In this document: piece after piece, positions 8,896 to 18,665 of the stretch | How the letters are laid out: each line of letters starts with the position of its first letter | Position numbering within the stretch: the first letter of the stretch is position 1 | Origin: Candidatus Sungiibacteriota bacterium | GTDB lineage: Bacteria; Patescibacteriota; Minisyncoccia; Sungbacterales; SURF-37 | Reading direction: 5' to 3' | Length of the DNA: 37,185 nt | Assembly (NCBI GenBank): GCA_016186145.1 | Contig: JACPMF010000019.1 | Span: forward strand, 1-37,185 | Made by a program: the position numbers and the translations under genes | The notes under the pieces: generated by a model | Databases searched by the model: none | What the model was told of the DNA's origin: nothing | The model's input: only the letters and a program-made list of their open reading frames with translations

Positions 8896-9981
8896 TCACG
8901 TATACCGCGACACATTAAGGACGATGCCGGTAGCAAAAAGAGTCGTAATAAGAGCCGTTCCTCCATAACTGATAAACGGAAGCGGAATTCCCGTAAGCGG
9001 CAAAAGTCCGGATATGGCACCCATGTTAATAAACGCCTGAAAGCCGATACTGGCGGCGAAGCCCGCGACAATAAGCTTTGAAAACGTATCGGGGGCTGAT
9101 CGCGCAATCAAAATGCTCCGCCAGACAAAGAAAACAAAAAACCCGATGAGAACCATTACCCCGAAAAACCCAAACTCCTCCGCCGCAATCGCGAAAATCG
9201 AATCACCGATGGGTTCGGGGAGATAATTATATTTCTGCAGACCCTGACCATACCCTCTTCCCCAAAATCCTCCGCTGCCGATCGCGATCAGGGCCTGGCG
9301 TATATGATAGCCGATGCCGGAAGGATCGACATCGGGATTTAAAAAGACGGCAAACCTGGCTAACCGATAAGGCGCAAGCTGTACCAAGGCGGCCAAAGAC
9401 AACATTCCGAGAACAAAGAGAGAAACAATTTGGGAAACTTTCCCGCCCCCCAAAAAATAAAGGGCCGTTGCGGTAAATGCCACCACCAAGAGAGTTCCGA
9501 TATCCGGCTGAAGCACGAGCAACACGCTTACAATCCCAAGAATCACCACGAACGGCAAAAACGCCCGATACGTATCTTTAGGCGAGTCGCGACGGCTCGA
9601 AAGCCAGCTTGCAAGATATATGACCAACGCAATTTTCAAAAATTCGGACGGCTGAAAAGAAAAAAAACCAACATCCAGCCACCGCGAAGCGCCTCCATGA
9701 CGAAAACCGACTCCAGGAAAAAAAACGAGTGCCGTAAGAACGAGCGAGATGACCATCAAAAGCAACGCAAGCTTTCTCCATGCTTTATACGGCAAACGCG
9801 ACGTGATAAAAAGCGCGCAAAGACCGATACCGAGAGAAAGCAGGTGCCGGAGCGTATAATAATACGTCGTCCCAAAATTACGATCTGAAATTACCACCGA
9901 CGCGGAGGAAATAATAAGTACGCCGGAAAAAACCAGAAGAAGAATTACCGTAAAAAGCGGACGATCAACGGGACGAGACAT
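8896..9981 (-). CDS. ftsW: SEDS peptidoglycan polymerase FtsW
   Basis: GASRW, FQPSEFLK, QPDIGT, GSGGFWGRGYGQG, LPEPIGDSIFA, PFISYGG; adjacent to murG. Confidence 0.93.
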   Translation of the reverse strand: MSRPVDRPLFTVILLLVFSGVLIISSASVVISDRNFGTTYYYTLRHLLSLGIGLCALFITSRLPYKAWRKLALLLMVISLVLTALVFFPGVGFRHGGASRWLDVGFFSFQPSEFLKIALVIYLASWLSSRRDSPKDTYRAFLPFVVILGIVSVLLVLQPDIGTLLVVAFTATALYFLGGGKVSQIVSLFVLGMLSLAALVQLAPYRLARFAVFLNPDVDPSGIGYHIRQALIAIGSGGFWGRGYGQGLQKYNYLPEPIGDSIFAIAAEEFGFFGVMVLIGFFVFFVWRSILIARSAPDTFSKLIVAGFAASIGFQAFINMGAISGLLPLTGIPLPFISYGGTALITTLFATGIVLNVSRYT

Positions 9982-10122
9982 GGTTTAAGTATAATATGTA
10001 AGATTTAAGAAACAAACGCCTCCCTTTACATTTCATAAGAACTATACTATCGTCTGTTAACAGTGGTTCTTGGTTTCTTGTTAACAACTCACTAGAACCC
10101 AAAACTAAAAAGGGGGCAAGCA

Positions 10123-10497
10123 TTGGCTAACAGATGTGACTATTGCGGCAACGGACCAAACACGGATCTTGGTGCACTAAAAAACTATGAAGATATGGTC
10201 GGCACCCAAAATCCGACATTTATGCCAATAACAGCCCATAAGCCGTGCAGGCTCAAAAGATCAACGTTTCCAGAGATTATTACGACGGTCTCTGTAGTTT
10301 TAGCTCTTTTACTATCTATCGCGTGGCTATTAACCTTATCTCCGAGATTTGACCTAGCTTTTCCATTATTCCTTAAGATTATCGTGCCTGTCCTTTGGAT
10401 AACAAGCATAACATCAGGGTTTTATCTGATGTTGTGGAGTAGATACTATGGAGCTGAGCTAACCGGAAAAATTCCTGAACCGCCACACCGACGATAA
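10123..10497 (+). CDS. Hypothetical two-TM protein with N-terminal CxxC
   Basis: 124-aa ORF, purine-rich SD before TTG, terminator AACACGAC-TCG-GTCGTGTTTTT at about 10522-10543. Confidence 0.6.
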   Translation: MANRCDYCGNGPNTDLGALKNYEDMVGTQNPTFMPITAHKPCRLKRSTFPEIITTVSVVLALLLSIAWLLTLSPRFDLAFPLFLKIIVPVLWITSITSGFYLMLWSRYYGAELTGKIPEPPHRR

Positions 10498-10581
10498 TTA
10501 AAGCCATCGACGGCGATTACTAACACGACTCGGTCGTGTTTTTATTTAAGTTCTATCGTGTTTGAGTATTACTACAATAAA

Positions 10582-11973
10582 TTACTTTTTTGGCGCCAAC
10601 CGCATTACCGCTTTTACAAATTGATCCCCCCTATCAAATTCGTTTCGGAAAAGACCAAAACTTGCCGCTCCAGGAGACAGGAGCACCGTATCCCTTTTTT
10701 CTGCCAAGGCATAAGCTTTAGCGACCGCCTCTTTCATGGTTTTCGCCTCACGCACAATAATTTTTGATTTTTGCTTGCCCGCCGTAGCTTTAGCGTAGAC
10801 GGGGTTTCTAATTTCTAAATTCATTTTCTGTGTTGCTTCCCCCGGCAAAAAAACAACCGCTTTCGCAAATTTACAAATTGCTATAGCAAAATCTTTAACC
10901 GGCAACTTTTTATCAGACCCACCGGCAATAAGAACGATACCGCCTCCATTTCTTTCGCGAAGGACTCGCAGAGCTGCGGTAGCCGAACCGGGATTGGTTG
11001 CGGTTGTATCGTTCACAAAAGTTACGCCGCTCAAAACTCTCACCCTTTCTAACCGACCGGGAAGTTGACGGAATCTTCCAAGCACTTTACGAATAATCAA
11101 TTCCGAAACCCCAAAGCGGCGGCTGACCGCAACCGCAAGCGCGACGGAAGGAATTTGATGACTAAAGAATCGCTTCCCAATGATGGACGAGTACGGCCTC
11201 AACGCTTTTTCAACATCAACCGGAACGCGGCGGGAAACGGCGCCCCGCGTTATTTTTTCCAAAAACACATCGCCCCGTGGGATAAAAATGAGGTCCTTCT
11301 TTTTTTGATAGCGAAAAATATTCATCTTGGAACCGGCGTAGTGTTTAAAACTTTTATACCGATTCAGGTGATCAGGAAATATGTTGGTTATCACAGCTAT
11401 GTGTGGGCTCATGCGAGAATTCGCAAGCGAATCAAGTTGAAAACTCGAAAGCTCTAAAACAACATGGTCGTCGGAACGAATTTGGGGAAGGATCTCGAAA
11501 ACCGATTTCCGGATATTGCCGGCAAGCCATACTCTTTTCTTTGTCCCCGCCCGTAAAAACTCGGCGAGCAAAGAAGCGGTCGTTGATTTCCCTTTTGTCC
11601 CGGTAACACCGATGATTTTCGCCGGACAATAGCTGAAAAAAAACTCAATATCGCTTGCAACCGGAATTTTATTAACTCTGGCAAGGACAAGCCACGGCGA
11701 ATTATCAGGAACTCCCGGATTTTTAATAATCAAATCAGCGGCAACAATGTCTTTTCTCCGATGACGGCCTAAAACATAAGAGATGCTTTCATAACGCCGG
11801 AGAGCCGCAAGAGAAGACGCGAGCTCTTTCCGGCTCTTTAAATCAGCCACCAAAACCTTGGCGCCGGCCTTTGCAAAAAAAGAGGCAGCACCAACGCCTC
11901 CTCCATGTAGTCCGAGTCCTAAGATGAGAACTTTTTTATTTCTGAAAACCTTTTTTAAATCATCCAAAAACAT
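10582..11973 (-). CDS. murD: UDP-MurNAc-L-Ala:D-Glu ligase
   Basis: LGLGLHGGG, GVTGTKGKSTT, ELSSFQL, DHLNRY, NDTTATNP, LSPGAASF...FDRG. Confidence 0.96.
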   Translation of the reverse strand: MFLDDLKKVFRNKKVLILGLGLHGGGVGAASFFAKAGAKVLVADLKSRKELASSLAALRRYESISYVLGRHRRKDIVAADLIIKNPGVPDNSPWLVLARVNKIPVASDIEFFFSYCPAKIIGVTGTKGKSTTASLLAEFLRAGTKKRVWLAGNIRKSVFEILPQIRSDDHVVLELSSFQLDSLANSRMSPHIAVITNIFPDHLNRYKSFKHYAGSKMNIFRYQKKKDLIFIPRGDVFLEKITRGAVSRRVPVDVEKALRPYSSIIGKRFFSHQIPSVALAVAVSRRFGVSELIIRKVLGRFRQLPGRLERVRVLSGVTFVNDTTATNPGSATAALRVLRERNGGGIVLIAGGSDKKLPVKDFAIAICKFAKAVVFLPGEATQKMNLEIRNPVYAKATAGKQKSKIIVREAKTMKEAVAKAYALAEKRDTVLLSPGAASFGLFRNEFDRGDQFVKAVMRLAPKK

Positions 11974-11977
11974 GACT

Positions 11978-13345
11978 TTAAATAATGCGCTCTATGCGGC
12001 TTGCAATAGAGATTATTGCGCTCGCATATGCCCGGCAGCTGTAAGAACTGCAGCTCGGTCGGCCGGAAAGATACGTTTTTGCGGCGCGAATTTCCCCCGC
12101 CTCGGTCCTTGCGGCCGCACCGGACTCCGCAAGAAAAAGAGCAGATGCCGTAAACGCATCTTCAATATTCCACGGGTTCGCCGGATTATGCCCTGTGATG
12201 CGGGCCACCTTTTCTTCGAAAAGAAGCCATGTCGTCGGAATAAATTGCGCGGGCCCCATTGCCCCTCCCCAACCGTAACCGCACGGCTTTCCCGGACCGA
12301 TCCGCTCTCGCACCGACTTGGCGCAGGGGCGGGCGGAAACCGGCATTTTATCGGGATCTAAATTTAACTTATTCGTTATTGCTAAAAAGGCCGCGTGCTG
12401 GTTTGGCTTCATATCGGCTCTCCAACTACCGGTGCCAAGGTTCGTTCCTACAGTCACCTCTTCACCCTCAAACCTCCTCCCGGTTTCCACCTCAAGAAGC
12501 GCTAAAAGAAATGCGGGACGGATTCCCGTGCGCTCTGCCGCAAGTGATGCAAACCGCACCGCATCTTCGGCAGTCACGCCCGTACGCTCAAGATAGAAAA
12601 GTTGGGTTTTCAGACCGCTAATATCAAGTTTTTTTGCGGAAAGAAGGTTCTGGAAAATACTTTCTTTCCCTTTGGTAATTTGAAGAAGACGATCCTTTTC
12701 TACGCGTTGAAGCTCCATGTTTCTTTTCTCAATCTCTAAAAGCGCCTTCAGCGATTCTTGCTCGCTCCGAAACTCTTCCAGTTCTTCTTTTTCCTGTTCA
12801 AGCTGAACTCGAGAAGCGCGGAGGTCTTCAACAAGATCCCGAGCATTTGCTTGCAAAGCGCGTATTGTGTCGACAACCCTGAAAAACGAGGAGATACTCG
12901 CATTCTTAGCAAGAACAACAACAAGATTCTCTTGGTCATACGCATAAAGACGGCGGATATTATTTGCAAGAATTTGCCGATTCCGCTCTACGCCACGAAT
13001 CGTTTCTTCAACCTTGACCGCCTTTGTCGCAATATCAACGCCAGCTTGGCGAATCGCCAGACCCAGCCGCCTCTGCTCAAGCTCTCGCTTTTTGATTTCA
13101 CTATTAAAAATGCTGACTTCCCGACTCAACGTTGTTGACTCCTTCTTTGTCTCTTGGAGACGCGTATCAATTTCAGCCGCCTCCCGTTCCAGTGCTTCAA
13201 TTTGCGCCTGAAGAGACTGCTTTTTTTCTTCATCGGGACTTGCCGCATTTGCCGCCGGAAGCATTGCCAACAAGACAAAAAACAAAACAGCGGATAGGGT
13301 CTCCGCCAAAAAAAATAATTTTCTCAAGGGCCGGCTGTTCTTCAT
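11978..13345 (-). CDS. Secreted coiled-coil lytic murein transglycosylase (MltB/Slt35-like C-terminus)
   Basis: Signal peptide, long coiled coil, LEVET catalytic Glu, GGAMGPAQFIPTTW. Confidence 0.85.
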   Translation of the reverse strand: MKNSRPLRKLFFLAETLSAVLFFVLLAMLPAANAASPDEEKKQSLQAQIEALEREAAEIDTRLQETKKESTTLSREVSIFNSEIKKRELEQRRLGLAIRQAGVDIATKAVKVEETIRGVERNRQILANNIRRLYAYDQENLVVVLAKNASISSFFRVVDTIRALQANARDLVEDLRASRVQLEQEKEELEEFRSEQESLKALLEIEKRNMELQRVEKDRLLQITKGKESIFQNLLSAKKLDISGLKTQLFYLERTGVTAEDAVRFASLAAERTGIRPAFLLALLEVETGRRFEGEEVTVGTNLGTGSWRADMKPNQHAAFLAITNKLNLDPDKMPVSARPCAKSVRERIGPGKPCGYGWGGAMGPAQFIPTTWLLFEEKVARITGHNPANPWNIEDAFTASALFLAESGAAARTEAGEIRAAKTYLSGRPSCSSYSCRAYASAIISIASRIERII

Positions 13346-13366
13346 AAAGAGCGAAAGGCCTTATAA

Positions 13367-13437
13367 ATCCCCACACCTTCCCGATTTTGGTGTTGGGACA
13401 AGAGACCGCGGGGTATTCGAGAAGGTGCGGGGATAAA
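13367..13437. repeat. Family A-related palindromic element
   Basis: ATCCCCACACCTTC.CGA ... TCGAGAAGGTGCGGGGATAAA. Confidence 0.55.
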
Positions 13438-13466
13438 ACACAAAAGAACCGCCGCAAAGAGGATGC

Positions 13467-14141
13467 TTATACTGCTTTTTCAGACTCGGCTTTTGCCGCA
13501 GCCTTCGCAGCGCGCTCTTCCGTCTTTGTTTCCTGTTCGGTCTTAACCTCCACAACTTCCGCTGCCGGCACTACCGCAAGATCCTCTTCCGCGCGCGGCG
13601 CCTCAATAATAACAACTACGTCATCAAGATCCTCACGCACCATAACTCCAGTCGGTATGACAATATCTTTTACCTGAATCCTGTTGCCTACTTTTTCAAG
13701 CGCACCGACAGATACGGCAATTTCTCGGGGCAGATTTTTCGGCAATGCCCGCACTTCAATTTCTTGCATAACCTTCACCAGGATTCCTCCCTCATTTTTA
13801 ACCGCAGGCGGTTCGCCCGAAAAAACAAGAGGAATCTTTGCGTCGATCTCTTTGTCCATGCGAACCGAATGGAAATCTGCGTGCACCGGCTTCCCGGTCA
13901 GCGGCTCGTATGCGATATCCTGGATCATAACATTTAACGGTTTGGCGCCGTCAACAACCAGAGTCACTAACCCGGTCTCCCCCGCTGACTGATACACCTT
14001 TTCAAAGTCACGCGCGGAAACGGTGACCGATTGCGAATCAACCTCTTCTCCGTATACCACCGCAGGCAAAAAACCGGCCCTGCGAAGGGCTTTTGTTTTC
14101 TTCCCTAATTCAATCCTCGATTTGGCGTTCAATTCAAACAT
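13467..14141 (-). CDS. rplY: 50S ribosomal protein L25 / Ctc
   Basis: ALRRAGFLPAVVYG, PVHADF, VKNEGG, LPKNLPREI. Confidence 0.95.
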   Translation of the reverse strand: MFELNAKSRIELGKKTKALRRAGFLPAVVYGEEVDSQSVTVSARDFEKVYQSAGETGLVTLVVDGAKPLNVMIQDIAYEPLTGKPVHADFHSVRMDKEIDAKIPLVFSGEPPAVKNEGGILVKVMQEIEVRALPKNLPREIAVSVGALEKVGNRIQVKDIVIPTGVMVREDLDDVVVIIEAPRAEEDLAVVPAAEVVEVKTEQETKTEERAAKAAAKAESEKAV

Positions 14142-14184
14142 TTTTAAATGTTACCATGCGCCGAGAAAAAAGAAAAGAGGCCGT

Positions 14185-14433
14185 CTATGGCCCCTGTTCA
14201 CGAATTTTTCTTCCGATCCCTAGTTTAACTATCATATCAGTAAGGTCCGAAAAACGAACATGATGCTTCCAGGCAAAGTCCACTACAATTTCAGCATTTG
14301 CGTACCATTTTTTTGTATCCTGTATGCCGCCTGGCGACATATGACCATAAAGGCAATGCATAGCCCCATGATCCTCCATGCAAAAAGAACGGTGAAGTCT
14401 ATCCGCTGTATCTCGAACAGCATCATCGACCAT
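14185..14433 (-). CDS. Hypothetical protein
   Basis: 82-aa ORF with AGGAGG SD at 14439-14444. Confidence 0.5.
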   Translation of the reverse strand: MVDDAVRDTADRLHRSFCMEDHGAMHCLYGHMSPGGIQDTKKWYANAEIVVDFAWKHHVRFSDLTDMIVKLGIGRKIREQGP

Positions 14434-14496
14434 AAATGCCTCCTATAATATGGGAAATTAAATCTTTACAACAGTACTGCAATTATATCATGACTA

Positions 14497-15471
14497 TCAG
14501 TGTTTGACAAGATTCGGCGGAATTCTGCCTTCAAGCGCCTCAATGATATTGCGGGCTGCCAGTTCCGACATGGCTTGCCTTGTGTCTTCGGTTGCTGAAG
14601 CAACATGCGGCGTCAAAATAACATTTTCAAGTTCGGCAAGCCCGGGAGCCAGCGCCGGCTCGTTTTCAAAAACATCGAGTGCTGCTCCCCGAATAACTCT
14701 TTCCCTTAAAACCTCAACAAGCGCCTGCTCGTCTACAACAGGCCCGCGCGATGTATTTACCAAATATGCGGTTTTTTTCATCAGCCGCAAACGACGAGCA
14801 TCAACCAAATGGCGGGTTGAAACCAGAAGCGGAACATGAATGGAAACGAAATCCGCCCCTCTGAAAATGTCATCAACGTTTTGCCGATATTCAGCGCCGT
14901 ATTCCTTCTCGAATTCCTCCGATCGCCTTATATCGTGATAGATCACCGGCATATCAAACCCTCTCCGTGCGTGATACGCCACCCGTGAACCAATTCTTCC
15001 AAGACCGACGATACCAAGCGCCTTTTTAGAAACATCGCTCCCCAATAAAAGCATCGGCTCCCACCCCTTAAATTTTCCCGCCCTTGTAAAACGGTCGGAT
15101 TCAGGAATGCGGTGCGCCAAAGAAAGCATCAGGGCAAAAGCATGCTCTGCTACCGTGTCAGCCAGAACACCGGGGGTGTTAGTCACAATAATTCCCACCC
15201 TCTCAGCGGCTTTTATATCGATGTTGTCCGTGCCAACCGCGAAATTTGCAAAAATTTTTACCCCGCTTTCTTTTGCGGCATCAAAAATATCGCTATCTAT
15301 CTTATCCGTAAGCAAACAAAGAACTGCGTCATAACGATCTCTTTCCAAATATCCAATCAGCTCCGCCTTTTTAATCACCCTATCTTCCAAATTTACAAAA
15401 ACATCGTACCCGTTGCTTTTTAATAAATCGGGGCCTTTATTCGGAATTTGACGAGTTACGAGTATTTTCAT
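14497..15471 (-). CDS. D-glycerate dehydrogenase / glyoxylate reductase (D-2-hydroxyacid dehydrogenase)
   Basis: GIVGLGRIG, NTSRGPVVDE, ALDVFENEP, TPHVAS. Confidence 0.92.
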   Translation of the reverse strand: MKILVTRQIPNKGPDLLKSNGYDVFVNLEDRVIKKAELIGYLERDRYDAVLCLLTDKIDSDIFDAAKESGVKIFANFAVGTDNIDIKAAERVGIIVTNTPGVLADTVAEHAFALMLSLAHRIPESDRFTRAGKFKGWEPMLLLGSDVSKKALGIVGLGRIGSRVAYHARRGFDMPVIYHDIRRSEEFEKEYGAEYRQNVDDIFRGADFVSIHVPLLVSTRHLVDARRLRLMKKTAYLVNTSRGPVVDEQALVEVLRERVIRGAALDVFENEPALAPGLAELENVILTPHVASATEDTRQAMSELAARNIIEALEGRIPPNLVKH

Positions 15472-15481
15472 TTTTTGAATT

Positions 15482-16360
15482 TTAAATTTTGTTTACCACC
15501 CCGAACAATTTTAGTTTTTCTTTTAACACTTCTTTCATTGCCAGTGAGGCCGGCGTGTCTAATTTATACATTGCCGCCTCATCGGGTTTTTCAACAAAAG
15601 TTTTTTTAAGTTCTTTGAGATACGCAACGCGAATATCGGTATTTATATGTATATTTGAAATCCCCGCGTCAATCGCGGCTCTAATTTGATCATCCGGAAT
15701 TCCGGACCCGGCGTGTAAAACAAGCGCTACATTTTCGGGAATCGCTTGCCTTATCGCGCGGATCCTTTCAATATCCAACGCCGGCTCGTCAAGAGAAATG
15801 CCGTGGATATTTCCAACCGCGATTGCGAGACGATCAACGCCGGTCTTTTCTACAAATTCCCTTGCTTGTCCCGGATCGGTATAATCTCTCTCTTGTATTT
15901 CAATCTTTTCTTTTTGAATTTTTGATTCGCCGCGCAGATACCCTAATTCTCCTTCAACAGAAATGCTGAATGCTGAATGCTGAATGCTGAATTGCCGAGC
16001 GTAGTCGACAATCTCCTTGGTTCCTACAAGGTTTTCTTCAAACGGAAGCGCTGATAAATCAATGTGCACAGAATCATATCCGGCATCAACCGCCTTTTTT
16101 GCCGCCTCCACACTTTTATGATGATCGGCATTCAAAAAAATCGGGATTCCATACTCTTCCCGAAAGACATCGCGAAGAGCTATCGCCTCCGCGTATCCAA
16201 AATGTTTGGCCTCTCCCTCCGAAGTTCCTATAATCGCTGGAGCGCCAACCTCATAACACGCCTCAACAATCGCCCGCATCTGATCCATTTCTGAAACATT
16301 AAAATGGCCCGTTGCCCAGCCTTCTTCCGTAGCCCTTTTTAAAATTTCTCTCAACAACAT
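15482..16360 (-). CDS. fba: Class II fructose/tagatose-bisphosphate aldolase
   Basis: NADHH, VEGELG, LAIAVGNIHG, VLHAGSG, INTD; start overlaps upstream stop (TGATG). Confidence 0.9.
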   Translation of the reverse strand: MLLREILKRATEEGWATGHFNVSEMDQMRAIVEACYEVGAPAIIGTSEGEAKHFGYAEAIALRDVFREEYGIPIFLNADHHKSVEAAKKAVDAGYDSVHIDLSALPFEENLVGTKEIVDYARQFSIQHSAFSISVEGELGYLRGESKIQKEKIEIQERDYTDPGQAREFVEKTGVDRLAIAVGNIHGISLDEPALDIERIRAIRQAIPENVALVLHAGSGIPDDQIRAAIDAGISNIHINTDIRVAYLKELKKTFVEKPDEAAMYKLDTPASLAMKEVLKEKLKLFGVVNKI

Positions 16361-16563
16361 CAAGCGCATACGCAATTGTCTTCCGCCTCTCCGCATCTTT
16401 TGCATTGAGCGCGCATCTTCCCCTCTGTTTTACAACTTTGCCAATGCAACGGATCGTAATACCCGGACGCGAACCCGCATTTCGGGCATTTAAAACCGTC
16501 AGTTACGCCATGGCAAACAGCACAAAATTTTGAAGAGACGTGTTTTGCGGCGTCGTATTCCAT
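16360..16563 (-). CDS. Small Cys-rich putative zinc-binding protein
   Basis: CxxC, CxxC, HxxxC, CxxC, CxC in 67 aa; stop overlaps the fba start. Confidence 0.7.
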   Translation of the reverse strand: MEYDAAKHVSSKFCAVCHGVTDGFKCPKCGFASGYYDPLHWQSCKTEGKMRAQCKRCGEAEDNCVCA

Positions 16564-16568
16564 TAAAC

Positions 16569-17603
16569 CTAAATTTCTTTGGGAGAATAATCCACGGGAG
16601 CTTTCACAAGATACTCCTCTAATCTCTCTCTTGACAAAAGTCCTGCCCTAGCACCTATCCCTTGCACCACCGACATGGAATTAACCGGACCCCAGCGTAA
16701 CGCCTCCTGAATATTTTTGCCGAGACCAAGCGCTGCCGTAACCGTAGACGAGAAAGCGTCCCCGGCCCCGGTTCTCTGAAGCGGAGGTTTTGGGTCCGGA
16801 TATAAAGGCATAAAATACATCTTGCCGCCCTCCCCGAGCGCGGTCGAGGTATCAAACACATAAGCTCCTTTTACTCCGTCAGTGATTGCAACGATTTTGG
16901 GACCGAGCGCGCTCAACCCTTCAAGCAAATTTTTAATATCTCCATCATCAGCGCCTAAAATTCTTTGCGCCTCCTCCTTATTGCAAAAGAAAACGTCCGT
17001 CCGAGCGTATATTCTTTTTAACTTTTCTTTTCCAAACTTCATTTGAAAAGTGCCGGGCTGAAAAGCAAGTTTGACATCGGGATGCGCTTCTAAATAGTCA
17101 GCAATCTCTTCGTGGAACTCTAAGGAATTTTCACCAAGCGATGAAAAATAAATCCATTTCGGCTCGCCGATATCCGGCAGTTTATAGGGATACTGCTGAT
17201 GCTTGATAAGAATGGTCCGTTCATCTTTATACCAGAGAACGTAGTGATAATTGGTCGGAATCCCTTTATGAATTTTTATGAAATCCCCCGCAACGCCCTC
17301 CTTTTTAAACACATCGAGGATTTCTTTTCCCTGTTCGTCATCGCCGACATGAGAAACAAAAGCAGCTTTCAAGCCGAGGCGTGAAGCGCTCACTGCCGCA
17401 TTTGCCGCATTCCCGACACCGGCCACCACATGGACTTCATCATAAGGAATTTTATCGCCAAACCGCATACAGATTTCTCTGCCGCTGCCATGGTCAAGCT
17501 CTACATGCGCAGATGCAATATTCAAACGGATGAAGGCATCTGTTACCGTATCGCCGATCGCAATAAAATCATATTCTTTTCTTGAAAAGATACTCATAAT
17601 CAA
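16569..17603 (-). CDS. PfkB/ribokinase-family carbohydrate kinase
   Basis: GVGNAANAAV, VGDD, CNKEEA, RTGAGDAF. Confidence 0.92.
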   Translation of the reverse strand: MIMSIFSRKEYDFIAIGDTVTDAFIRLNIASAHVELDHGSGREICMRFGDKIPYDEVHVVAGVGNAANAAVSASRLGLKAAFVSHVGDDEQGKEILDVFKKEGVAGDFIKIHKGIPTNYHYVLWYKDERTILIKHQQYPYKLPDIGEPKWIYFSSLGENSLEFHEEIADYLEAHPDVKLAFQPGTFQMKFGKEKLKRIYARTDVFFCNKEEAQRILGADDGDIKNLLEGLSALGPKIVAITDGVKGAYVFDTSTALGEGGKMYFMPLYPDPKPPLQRTGAGDAFSSTVTAALGLGKNIQEALRWGPVNSMSVVQGIGARAGLLSRERLEEYLVKAPVDYSPKEI

Positions 17604-17635
17604 ACATGCCGCTTTTATTTAAGGACCGGAATAAA

Positions 17636-18664
17636 CTACTTCCGTGTTACAACTCTTTTTGCCGCCGCCACGATGTGCTTCACTCCCATCCCGAAGTGAT
17701 CAACAAGCTCATTGGGTAAACCCGACTCGCCAAACCGATTCTGCACACCGATGAATTCCATAGGGACCGGATAATTTTTCACAAGCACCTCGGCAACGGC
17801 TGAACCCATTCCTCCGGATACTTGATGTTCCTCAACAGTTACAACAGAACCCGCGTCTTTGGCCGATTGAATAATTGTTTCCTCATCCATCGGTTTTATC
17901 GAAACCGCATTGAGAACCCGAACGGTGACCCCCTCTTTTTCCAACTCTGCCGCGGCAAGAATTGCGTTGTGCAAAAGCGGTCCGCAGGCAATAATCGCCA
18001 CGTCTGGTTTTGCTTGCCCCGAGCCGCCTATCGAGGGGCGCCCCGGCTCCATCCAAAAAACTTGCGCCTTGCCGATTTCAAACGGCGTCTCCTCTGTTGT
18101 AAAAACTGGTGTTTTCTCGCGAGCAAAACGCGCATAACATGGCCCGTAAACTTTTGAAATCGCATAAGTTATTTTTTTTGCTTCATGCGCGTCACAAGGG
18201 GCAAAAACTCTCATGTTAGGAATAGGACGCGTAATTGCGATATCCTCTATGGCCTGGTGAGTCGCTCCGTCCGGCCCTACTGAAACGCCCGCGTGAGAAC
18301 CTATAATTTTCACGTTCGCGTCGTTATAGCAAATAGTTGTTCTCATCTGCTCCCAATTTCGGCCGGGGCTAAACATGGCATAAGAAGTAATGTAAGGGAT
18401 TTTGCCCACCAATGACATCCCTGCCGCGACCGATGCCATATTCTGCTCGGCCACCCCCATTTCCACAAACCGCTCGGGGTATTTTTTAGCAAACGCCTCT
18501 GTCCGTGTTGATTCTGTTAAGTCTGCGCAAAGCGCTGCCACATCTGGGTTTTCATCCCCTGCCTGAACCAAACCTAAACCGTAGCCGTCTCTAGTGGGTT
18601 TTTGTTCCAATGACTTCAAATCTAGAATTTTTTCTACAAGTTTTGCTTTTGGATTGACTGGCAT
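17636..18664 (-). CDS. tkt: Transketolase, C-terminal subunit
   Basis: MGVAEQNM, GPDGATHQAIED, VEEHQVSGGMG. Confidence 0.94.
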   Translation of the reverse strand: MPVNPKAKLVEKILDLKSLEQKPTRDGYGLGLVQAGDENPDVAALCADLTESTRTEAFAKKYPERFVEMGVAEQNMASVAAGMSLVGKIPYITSYAMFSPGRNWEQMRTTICYNDANVKIIGSHAGVSVGPDGATHQAIEDIAITRPIPNMRVFAPCDAHEAKKITYAISKVYGPCYARFAREKTPVFTTEETPFEIGKAQVFWMEPGRPSIGGSGQAKPDVAIIACGPLLHNAILAAAELEKEGVTVRVLNAVSIKPMDEETIIQSAKDAGSVVTVEEHQVSGGMGSAVAEVLVKNYPVPMEFIGVQNRFGESGLPNELVDHFGMGVKHIVAAAKRVVTRK

Positions 18665-18665
18665 A

